A stretch of 19,346 bases of DNA from Torpedo marmorata (taxonomy: Eukaryota): assembly GCA_977017645.1 (NCBI GenBank). It is one part of the record OZ360238.1 of this genome. One strand, 5' to 3'. The stretch's first letter is position 1. The number at the start of each line of letters is the position of its first letter. A program made the translations under genes and the position numbers. This document shows, one piece after another, positions 8,421 to 18,443 of this stretch. The notes under the pieces are model-generated. The model saw only the letters and a program-made list of their open reading frames with translations. It was not told the origin of the DNA and made no database searches.

Positions 8421-11400
8421 TATGCTAATTCGATTAAATAAACTCTGTACAAGTGATAACAAAAACATCCACCCGGAAAATGCTTCATGCTCGGTTCCGT
8501 CCATCTGCGACCGAATTCATCTGGACACTGGGTCCAGATATTTCCGCTTACATATCTTCCTGTCGACTGTACAATGTATCTATATATTTTATTAGCAAAT
8601 ATTTGTGTGAGAGGGATGTGTTAAATATACTTTGTATTAGGCGAATGTGGGAAGACAGAGTTGCAGCTGATGAGCTCGAAAAAAGAGAGCAATGCAAGGA
8701 AAGGAAGGAGATTAGCGAGAGGCTTGAAGGACACTGTGTGCGCGTATGTGTTTAGCAACAAAAGTAAGACAACATGTGTGCCCCTGCAAAAGAAAGAACG
8801 AAAGATTGAGTTGTGAGACTGAACTGCTTTTTCCGACACCTATCCTCCTCCGTGTCGTTTCATTGCATACTATACTGAGTCTAAAGCTGGAAGCTCTCAC
8901 ATTTCAGAAACAAAATGCCTCCTTTCCTCCCCTTCCCACCCAATACCCTGCCACTTTTCCTCTACTGATTTCTGCTTGTTCCTTGCTCGGTCTCGCTGAT
9001 GCAAATCAGACCTCTGGTGAAAGTAGAGTGATTTCAGTGGAAAAATACTTGAACGAATAACTCTAAAACAATGCTCGTAATTCAGCTCTTCAGATCTGCA
9101 CTCTCAAATGCCAATAACACGCATACGTGAGGCTGATTAATCCCTGCAAGACGCTGCGTCGATTTTGTTTTGTACTGCACGACTTTCCCTCAGGTTTGAC
9201 AAGCACAGGAGCTGAAGGGTTTAAAGCGAAATGAGAAGAAGAAATAAAATAATTTGCATCAGCTCGGTGGACTTCCTGTCTATCATCTGCTGCTTGCTAC
9301 TTTGAAGAAATCTACCTTTGTTAGTCACTGGTGTCTAGCAATAGAAAAGCGACGGGTCTGATGGGAGAATTGAGGAAAGCACAAATTGTTCGAATTATGA
9401 GTACCGAGTATGTGTAAATTATCGACCAACGTTAGTCGTGGGATATCAGGGGGATAATGTTGGAGCAACTCTCCAATCCCAAATTCATAGACCAAAAGCC
9501 AATCTTAGCTCTGTCCCTCGTGTATGTAGCACCTGGAAATAAAATATCCTTGCTCTGACCGCTGCCTGTATGGTTGAGATCCGCAGTACTGGGCATGTTA
9601 AAAAGTCTTCTTCATTCGCTCATTTAAAACATCACTTCCTATCGTGAACGTTGGGAAGACACCACCCAGCAAAGCTGATGTTTATTTTCCAGTATTAGAC
9701 CTTCAGATGACATGTTTATGATTTAAAATGTGACTTACACGGGCCTTTACCCCGTTGACGACCAAAATGCATTAAGCATTTATATCTGACCTAAACCAGC
9801 CGAATTACATATGTAAAAAAAAGGGATGTTCAGCTGACGCTTTGACTAACTAGTTTTGGATTCAATGTACATTTTTTTTCGACCGTGGCTATCGTTCGAC
9901 TGCAACATATTGTTGATGATTCACAATGGAATACTCAAAAGTGAACAAGAAAATGTGCAATTCACCGGGTTACCTCTTCTAATTTAAACATCAACCTAAC
10001 TCCCATCTCGCCCAGCCCCCGCATAAATTGCTCGACAGAACGCCAGCAGTTCAAAACCAGGAAGGTCTGAGATATATTCTAGTAACCCCCCCCCCCCACG
10101 AATTAACCTTCATCATACTTTAACTTGAGGTTGTTGTGCTTGTAATCTCTGACCTTCGAAACGATCGATAGCGGCCTGTTATGTAAGGGAGACACCATCT
10201 GCGGACAATCCACCTGTACTTAACCATACTTCAGTTTGAAATGCGCTGTATTTTAAATATTTTTCTTCGCTCTCAACTTTTACTGAAATTTCCACTACTA
10301 ATCTGACATTTCTACAACCATTTTACCTTAACAAATACGCATTAGGACTGCAAAATTCGATATGCCAAGCACAAAATCTGGTTGTTAAATACTCGTCTGA
10401 GGCCTTTCCAGCGACACATTTTGGCGTTTGAGATCTGCTGAAAATACCGTTTACTTTGAGCAACGATTTGACATATTCCTATTGTGCACTATATAGTGAG
10501 GCGGTCCATGTTTTGCACACATTTTGCAAAGTATTATAAATTCAGAAATAGTGAGAATAACTCATGTAACCTATCTTTTACATGCGTAGAATGATAGCAC
10601 CTGCCTACATTTGTTAACTGTACATTTTCTGGGAAGGATATATACACATACATATTGCACAGTGCTTTCAAATGGATAAACATATTTATATTCTAATCTT
10701 TCTAACATAATAACAGAAAAAAATGTACATTTGCTACGCTGATATGTGGCAAAGGGAGAATATAATCTAACTACATCAATTTAGCGCCTTAAACATCTAG
10801 GACGTTCACGGCAGATTTATACCCTGCCTTCTCTATCTTTGATGGTTTCTCCCGTAATAAAGTAAAAAAATTTAAAAGTTCCACACTAATTCTTCACGAA
10901 TGTTTCATATTCTCAAAAATGAAAACAAAAAAAATAAAGCCAAAATAATAATTATGAATTTCAAAATATTTCCGTTTATCTCGCCATTGTTTTGAATTGT
11001 CTTAACCTATGTCCAGAAACTTATGTTTTAACCAAGCGTTCATCCCTGAAAAGTAAAATAGTGACATTTAGATTTTTACTTGGACAAAAAAGGACGCGAT
11101 GGGCCACAGAAAACCTCCCAAATGAGAGTGGTTGTTGAAGAAGGTTGTAAAATGAGACGGTGTAAAACAATTTAAGAACAATGTCTCTAATATTGTCAGT
11201 GATAACACTTCCAGATATTCCCCGAGTTCGAGGCGATCTCCAGACCCATCAGGCGCATGAATTCAAAAGCTTTCAAATTTCCAGACCTCAAACAAAAATC
11301 ATTCAGCAATTGTAATTGTGAAGTCAAAAGGAAAAAAGGTGGAGAAGCGAAATGCAACACCCGTGAATTGAATTTACATGTCTGTATTCAAGAATTTAAC

Positions 11401-12246
11401 ATATTTTTGAGAAATTTCTATAACATGAAAGAAAAGTAAAGAAAAAACTAAATTCTTGCCAGATTTGAAAAAAAAAATCTATTGTATTCGGCGTTTGTTT
11501 AAATTTAAAAAAAAATCACGAGTGGTAAAATATAACAACCCTAAACCGCACTAAAATGAAAACAAAAATATTCAAACCTAGATTCTTGCTTGTTGACTAT
11601 GTAAAATCTCGCGTCTAAACATAAGACCTATTTGTGTAAATCTGGGAAACTCTTCATCATTTTGTAGTATTAAGGGAGTAAGAACATGTTCTATATACAG
11701 TATATATATTTCTGGTTCTCACCGTTTGACTTCTTTCTTCACCCCCTCCCCCTGAACGTCATTTCCATTTTTTTATTGTTTTATCTACAGTATTTTAATG
11801 CAACTCAGGTTCAATTCTTCATGCTCAAGGAAAAGTAAATATAGAGCGCCATGAAAATTTCAACCACTATCACCTCATATAAACACACGAGATTGAAGAT
11901 GAGCTCCTCCCCTTTAACAAGACTTTGGTCTGAAATGCAATCTGATCGATAAACAAGAAGGACCATTCAACGCTCACCTTCCGATTTCCGGGGTACAAAG
12001 TTCATGCTACAAAATGCTCAATCTTCTTCATTTAAATAAAAATATATTTATTTGACCCGGAGACCATGGACGTGTCATTCTGTAAATTCACGCTGAGGTG
12101 TTTCCCCTCCACTGCCCATCAAAACAATCAAATTGTTAAACAAAATCGCCTTACCTTAGATCATTAGATTTCATATATTGAGGGGAAACACCTATAAACT
12201 ACACAGACCTACAATCTGCACACCATTCCTTAATTTCGCATCAACA

Positions 12247-12408
12247 NNNNNNNNNNNNNNNNNNNNNNNNNNNNNNNNNNNNNNNNNNNNNNNNNNNNNN
12301 NNNNNNNNNNNNNNNNNNNNNNNNNNNNNNNNNNNNNNNNNNNNNNNNNNNNNNNNNNNNNNNNNNNNNNNNNNNNNNNNNNNNNNNNNNNNNNNNNNNN
12401 NNNNNNNN
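12247..12408. other. Assembly gap (162 N) next to microsatellites
   Basis: Run of N. Confidence 1.
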
Positions 12409-12500
12409 GAAACACACACACACACAACCATATATATACATAAACATACATACATATATACATATATACACACATAAATGTAATTAAATTACATGTAATG

Positions 12501-12502
<2 letters not shown>

Positions 12503-12588
<86 letters not shown>
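12503..12588. repeat. (AC)43 microsatellite
   Basis: Perfect AC run. Imperfect AC/AT/ATAC repeats flank it at 12411..12475. Confidence 0.97.
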
Positions 12589-12592
<4 letters not shown>

Positions 12593-12698
12593 GCATTCAG
12601 CTTCATAGCAAATTACATAGTTAACCCAAAACGCATGGAAAGGGTTTAACCCACGTTTAATAAACGTATATCGTGCTCCGCATCAACACACCACTTTT

Positions 12699-12733
12699 TA
12701 TATATATGTATATATATTTATATATATATATAT
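12699..12733. repeat. Imperfect (TA)n microsatellite
   Basis: tatatatatgtatatatatttatatatatatatat. Confidence 0.9.
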
Positions 12734-13265
12734 TTACTGTCCCAAACATTACGGCAATAATTGTTTTCCTCAGCAATAGTCCCAGACTTTGTAACACAGA
12801 GATCCAGTCTGTCAATACTTTTTTTTGCAGAAACAGTTCAGTGCATAATACATATGAGAAAGTCTGATGTTTTCAAAGGCCAGAACTAAAGTCAACTGCA
12901 AACTTTCTTTTTTTTTCATGGAAGGAGGGGTTGATGAGGATCAACGGTGCAATTTTGTTACGTTTTTGCTTCCATATCAAAAAAGAGCAAAAAAAAAGTC
13001 ACCGATATAATTTGTTGCCATGCCATAATTCATTTTTTAAAATCCGTTTTCAACTAGCTAATTAAATCCATACATGTCCAGCATGCAGGCTTAATATTAA
13101 TATGGTCCTTTCATTAAAAAAACAAAGAAAAATAATATAGCAAGCATATAATGCATGAGATGACGGGGTGAGGGGAAGAAACGGCAGGTTTTTTGTGTTA
13201 AAAAAACTTTTTGAAAAAGTTTTTTTTAAAGTTGTTTGGGGGTGAGGGGCACAGCAAACCCACAA

Positions 13266-13271
13266 ACTCAC
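13266..13271 (-). other. Consensus 5' splice donor GTGAGT overlapping the last codon and stop (TTC AT|G TGA GT)
   Basis: The minus strand reads GAGTTCTTCAT|GTGAGTTTG. Amniote MAF uses this position to make longer C-terminal isoforms. Confidence 0.7.
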
Positions 13272-14257
13272 ATGAAGAACTCCGGGGAGGAAGGGTTATC
13301 GCTGGACGATCCCGTTTCTCTGAAGCCGCTGGACACAAGTTTCTCGTACTTCTCCTTGTAGGTGTCCCTCTCCCGCACCAGTCTGGTTATCTCCTGTTTT
13401 AAATGTTCGACCTGCTGCTGCAGTTGTGTCTTCTCGCTCTCCAACATGTGCCGCTGCTGCACCCGCTTGAAACGGCAAGATTGCGCGTAGCCCCGGTTCT
13501 TCAGGGTCCGGCGTTTCTGTTTCAGCCGAATCACCTCTTCCTTGCTAACACCTCGGAGCTGCCGGTTCAGCTCCCTCACCGACATGGTGACCAGCTGGTC
13601 ATCGGAGAAGCGGTCGCTGTTCCGCAGGTGCGGGTGCTGGTGAATGCCGCCGGTGGCGGGGCCGGTGCTCCCGGTGCTGGCCGTGCCAACGGCGGCCACT
13701 CCTCCCCCTGGGTGCTGGTGCCCCTGGTGGTGGTGGTGGTGGTGGTGATGTTGGTGCTGGTGGTGACCCACCACGGTTCCGGGCGGACCCATCTGCTCGC
13801 CGGCCATGCCCGCTCCAGCTCCGGCGCCGGCCCCCGCCGCTCCATACTGCTGCTGCTGTTGTTGTTGGCCCCGGTAGCCATCGAAGCCTCCTTGCATCTG
13901 CTGATGAGCGCTGTTAATCAGGGCCTCCACCGCATCCTCCGGCGTGAAGCTAAGAGCGTCTGGGTTTAGCTGCTGATAGTTAGTCATCCAGTAAAAGTCT
14001 TCCAGGTGCGCCGCCTTCTGCTCCCCGGGGCTTGGAGCACTGAAGCTGGGAGACGGGGGCACCGAACTACACGGGGTACTCATTGGAGTAGAAGACAACG
14101 AGCCCCCGATGCGGTTGCAGTGACTGCCCGGATTGCCTTCGGACTCCAGCGGCTCCTTTTTGACTTCGAATTTCATCAGATCGAAGTCATTAACATATTC
14201 CATCGCAAGGGGACTGTTGGGTAGGTCGGCGCTGTTGATTGCCAATTCGGATGCCAT
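13268..14257 (-). CDS. MAF: Transcription factor c-Maf (large Maf bZIP), single-exon short isoform, 329 aa
   Basis: The N-terminus [31 protein letters not shown], the GSK3 phosphodegron [23 protein letters not shown] and PEDAVEALI, a His tract, the extended homology region [28 protein letters not shown], the basic region [20 protein letters not shown] and a leucine zipper are all present. MASELA, RGVSKEE and the C-terminus [22 protein letters not shown] identify c-Maf rather than MafA, MafB or NRL. Start context is AGGATGG. Confidence 0.97.
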   Translation of the reverse strand: MASELAINSADLPNSPLAMEYVNDFDLMKFEVKKEPLESEGNPGSHCNRIGGSLSSTPMSTPCSSVPPSPSFSAPSPGEQKAAHLEDFYWMTNYQQLNPDALSFTPEDAVEALINSAHQQMQGGFDGYRGQQQQQQQYGAAGAGAGAGAGMAGEQMGPPGTVVGHHQHQHHHHHHHHQGHQHPGGGVAAVGTASTGSTGPATGGIHQHPHLRNSDRFSDDQLVTMSVRELNRQLRGVSKEEVIRLKQKRRTLKNRGYAQSCRFKRVQQRHMLESEKTQLQQQVEHLKQEITRLVRERDTYKEKYEKLVSSGFRETGSSSDNPSSPEFFM

Positions 14258-14340
14258 CCTTTTACTGCAGATGGTATTAGGTCGACCAGATCTCCAAACG
14301 CCGGGGCAAACGCCTGCGATCGCCGCGATCAGACTGCTCT
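13280..14340. other. CpG island over the MAF coding exon
   Basis: Visibly GC-rich with dense CG dinucleotides compared with the AT-rich flanks. Not computed. Confidence 0.7.
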
Positions 14341-14580
14341 GAGCTGAAGGAGAGAGAGCCAGTTTGATTTCTTTGTTATTTTGTTCTTGGTTGCTTGTTT
14401 TTTTAAACTAGGATTTGGAAGTCCTGCACACTTCAGTTTTTTTTTTGGTTAAGTATATTTTTTTATGCTCGTTCCGTTTCCGATCTGTTATTAGTGCAGA
14501 TGCATCGGTAGAATACGATTTTTTTTCTCTCTCTTAAATCTTAGCTTCATGGAATCTGGAGAGCAGGTCTGAATGTTGGT

Positions 14581-14618
<38 letters not shown>

Positions 14619-14815
14619 ACTGCTTCATCTTGGCTGCTGGTGGTTTGCAATGGCTGGGAAGCAAAAAGGGGAGCGAGAGACAGACAAATAAAGAGATAAA
14701 AGATGCAGAGAGAGAGAGAGGAAGCAGATAAAAAGCGATTGCAATAGTTGGCTGGCTTAGAAGAACCAAGCCCGACGCGTGTTGAGATTTTAGCTGGAGG
14801 ACGGGAACCGTCAGC
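14258..14815 (-). other. Predicted MAF 5' UTR with two uORFs (14617..14628 MKQ*; 14491..14550, 19 aa)
   Basis: Interval between the inferred TSS and the ATG. I found only three upstream ATGs, which form two short closed frames. The 5' boundary is inferred from the TATA position. Confidence 0.6.
14583..14612. repeat. (TC)15 microsatellite in the MAF 5' UTR ((GA)n in the mRNA)
   Basis: Perfect TC run. Shorter GA runs occur near 14707-14720 and 15002-15018. Confidence 0.95.
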
Positions 14816-15000
14816 TCTCTGTTTAAAAGCTTCGCTTCTTTTATACTGAACCCGACGTCAGCTTTCAAATGGGAAATTGACTGAGACTCGCAGCCAATGG
14901 GAAGGCGCGTCAGCTTGTCTGCTTAGCATAAGAGTGGAACCCGGCAAACTTTTCAAACTGTCAATCACACGCTCGAATCAGCTGACTGTCAGCTGGGGAA
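14800..15000 (-). promoter_or_regulatory. MAF proximal promoter
   Basis: Contains TATA, AGCCAATG (CCAAT 14894..14898), five AGCTGAC half-MARE-like sites, a PBX-MEIS/PREP decamer TGATTGACAG (14958..14967) and the palindrome CAGCTGAC-T-GTCAGCTG (14979..14995). Confidence 0.7.
14839..14845 (-). promoter_or_regulatory. TATA box of MAF (TATAAAA); predicted TSS near 14810-14815
   Basis: Exact TATAAAAG on the minus strand about 580 nt upstream of the ATG. A CRE/MARE-like GCTGACGTC (14854..14862) and a CCAAT box (14894..14898) lie just upstream. Confidence 0.75.
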
Positions 15001-18000
15001 CAGAGAGAGAGAGAGAGAAGGGGAGGGGGGTAACTCAGAATCACCCAGAGTAATAATAGTGTAGAATAGCAAACTGTGTGTGTGAGGGTCTGTGTGTGAA
15101 TAGGATGTGGCACACAGTCAAAGATACAACGGCTGATATATTAATTCTTATTACAGTCTTTGGGAAATCTTTGATCTGAAGTAGTTCTGAAGAAAGCGGC
15201 GGCAATTTAAATCCAATCCTTGCAGGTGCAGTAATACTGATACATTTTAGACAGTCGCTGGTTGTAAGGATATCTTGTTTAGTAGAGACTCTTGGCCTTT
15301 GAACTTTAACCGAGTGAACGGGCCTCGACTAGCAACCGAACACTTGCAGGGTGCAAGGGGCAGGAGGGGGGAAGAGGAGGGGGCCGGATACACGGGGCTC
15401 ATTTCCTGTTCCTCTAATGACTGCACATGTCAGTAAATAATCAGACATTGAAATAATCGCATATTGCTGCAGGAGTCCGATGCAATAAAGAGGCTAAAAT
15501 ATTCAATTTCCAGATGGTAACATTGGCTTCAGAGAGATGCTACTGTGCTTTTTGAACGTGTCGCGTTAAAAATGTAAAAGACAAGGCACGGATATATAAG
15601 TAAACGCCTTAAGTGAAAATCGATGTATGTGTTGAATTGCATGCGACCAGCTTTCGGAAGAAGTGAAATAATTTCACAAAAGGTTTCCCTCTGATGGTTA
15701 AAGTCGGGGAAATAGTCCCAGGTCTGTGCGAGGTTTGGAACAGCAGAGCCACCCCTAGCGGAGAAAACCAGTAATTGTGGTCTATTCCGAGCTTTAATTG
15801 TTCCACCGTTCAGGGTGGATTACAACAAATATAAATGTCCCGAAAATAAGCCCTCAGTAAATATTCCAACACCACTTAGTTCGCACAGCTACCTCTTTTA
15901 CAGCAGAGCATTTTAAAATGAGCATATTAAAAAATCCATTGGAAAGCACAAATTAATTCCACAAACGGGTCCGATTTGCAAAATGAAAGATTGGTGGCAG
16001 GAACTTGTGTCTTGCAATATAAATGATTGGGGAAATCTCGCTAATAGAACAAAGCTCCGTTTGAAACTATATCAGCGAGATTTAAATTCGGGGTTGGGAG
16101 GGGGAAGGTTGCAATCTCGACAATGCAGGGACAATCGTTTTAATGTCAAATATATCTTGGTCTTAGTGAACCCAAATTAAATCACTGATACCCTTCAGAT
16201 AAACTCCCTTGTGCTAAGTCCACAGGAAGCGATGTCGTTCAGAGGGCAGTACATACACTGACAAGCTTCGATTTTGTCATTAAGATCTGGTTTAGTAGAT
16301 TTCGGGAGACCGAATATCATCGGTGGGTTCACAAAGTCTTTTTTTCCGCGTGTTAATCATCAGCGTAAAAGCCCCCTTAATAACTTGCACAAGCATTTCA
16401 TGTTTTCAACTTTTGCTTGGGCGTGTACCATTCAGCTTCACACTCGAGTTCTGACGAGGCGAGGTTTCAGAAACTAACTACTTGGCGGGGTCTCTGCGTG
16501 AGGGAGAGGTTGGTTACAACTGCGAAACGTGTGGGCTTTCACGGGTTTAGATCGCGACCAATGCCAGCAAGTGGAGAGACACGTTAAAGGTTGCTTTAGT
16601 TTATTTTAAAGAACATTGGATCCAGGCGAATTCTTGTTCAACGCAACGGTTCCCTGTGTTTCGCCTTCGGTGTGTCCAGGTTTGGGGAATGTCATTTTCA
16701 CTGACACACTTTTTTGTACGCCACGGCTCTGTCCCCGAGTCAAGATATTGTGCATTCAAACATCAATTCAAAGATTGTTGCCCGAAAGAATGCTGCATTG
16801 TCGGACGAGCGTCCAAGTCCATGCTCGGAATATAAATCCCGGAGCAATTCATGCAAGGCCAATATTTACCCACCCCTCAGCCGGTGTGCAGGGACCGTAG
16901 CTGCAAAACTCATTGACTGTCGTGCACTTGTCGTGGAAGCAGGCGATATCCACATGCAAACGTGCTTTCCCACATGACGTCCACGGTAACTAGTTCAACA
17001 GCAATTCATCGTGAAAAAGCAATTTCAGTGCTAAATATATGTTGAGGTTACAATTATAACTTTGTTTTTGTTTGAGTGTAATCTTGAAACCAGTTCCAAG
17101 TGCCTGCCCCAAGCAGTTAGCCCGAGGGGCTGATGAATATCAATAACACTCTGGGGCCGCGAAATCGGAACTGAATGCAAACAGCAAGCTCTTCAGTGAA
17201 TTTTCAAACGTGCAGGGGTCAGATCAATCGGTTTATAAAGTTGTATTTATTTTTTGATTGATAAACTGCTTGGCCCGGGTTGAGGACTGTTTAGGGCCCA
17301 TCAGTCAACTTGTTTATCTGACACGTGACACGAAGAACCGTGCCTCTGACAACAGTAAGTTAAAACTGGCAAGGCAGCGTACCCCATTCTCTCGGACAGC
17401 TAGAGTCTAACCGTTTGAAAACTGTATTTACCGACCAGCTACAGTTTCCCCCGTTGAATATTTCTGAAATACAACTGCATAATCGGAATCGCAGCAAAGA
17501 CGAAATGTATTAATCTTTATTGAGAACTGTCGATACCATACTCATCTATAATTGCCTTTGATTTCAAAATTTCTTCTTTAAAAACTAAAGACACTAAATT
17601 GAATGTATTTTCTTCACATGTTAAACGCGTTTCACGTGCCGTTAATATTCGAATGTAATGGGAGTCAGAACAATGTCGGGCAGTCGATTTAATGTGTAGA
17701 TCTTGCCTATGACATAGATGTTGAATCCTTTCCACCCTCGAAACCCTTACCAAATAAGTGAGCTAAAGTCGCTTGTACTTGGCCTGTCTCGACCTGTGAA
17801 CTATTATTCAAATTTTGTAAGGCTGGCAACATTGCAGGGACACGCGCCTAATGTAACACTTTTAAATTCTCCAAGTTTTAACGAGGGGTTTAAAAAAACT
17901 TTTCGAACCAGATTTATCATCGAATAGATTGTGTGCCAGTGATGGACGGATACAAATGTTAAAAGTCTATCACAATCAAGATCCTTAGGCCGAACTATCT

Positions 18001-18368
18001 CTTCTCCCCACGCACCACCCTCAGCTCAACTCTACTACCTCTATTGGAGAACTGTGACATGTATGCAACCCAGGACTGATTGCTTGAATAGCAATGATTT
18101 ACCTGAAGGGGACTCAATGTCGAATAATTATATTCTTAAATCACAGGCTTGTCAAATTTCACATGGCACTTTTATAATTCATTGAGGATTGTGTACATTT
18201 CCTGCGTATTTTCAGTTCCGTGTTTTGGTACTCCACGCATGCCCCTATTCTTTATTCTGTGCACACTTTATTAACAGTTGATTTCACTCCACTGTTTGCA
18301 CTCTTCAATTATGTAAATTGCTTGTGAACAGCAAAACAGACAATTAGATGCAAAACGCTGGGAGTTTG

Positions 18369-18443
18369 ATGCTGAAATTCTCCAGCAGGTCAGATCAGCA
18401 GCTGTGGAGAGACAAAGATTTAATGTGTAGGTCGAGGATCTTT
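18369..18443 (-). mobile_element. Decayed copy of the same Penelope-like terminal repeat
   Basis: The plus strand reads ATGCTG...CAGCAGGTCAG..CAGCAGCTGTGGAGAGA...AGGTCGAGGA. Its reverse complement shares TGACCTGCTG with 5905..6003. Confidence 0.5.

Larger units (their letters stand above)
10480..13267 (-). other. MAF 3' UTR / retained intron region (distal limit uncertain)
   Basis: AT-rich sequence after the stop. It holds the blocks TCATCTCATGCATTATATGCTTGCTA and AAGCCTGCATGCTGGACATGTATGG, which I recall from mammalian large-Maf 3' UTRs. Minus-strand AATAAA signals occur at 12047..12052 and 11772..11777. Confidence 0.5.

Noticed and set aside
11868-11997. Minus-strand G TAC CCC... frame that would give EFFM-YP.., like the chicken long isoform
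   Set aside because: It is preceded by TTT rather than AG, so it is not a splice acceptor.
10480-13267. miR-155 site (known regulator of mammalian c-Maf)
   Set aside because: I found no AGCATTA 7mer by eye, only a partial AGCATT near 12013. Part of the region is a gap.
13403-13969. 188-aa plus-strand ORF and other ORFs overlapping MAF (13576..13881, 13296..13478, 14006..14224)
   Set aside because: Antisense or alternate-frame shadows of a GC-rich coding exon; no recognisable domain.
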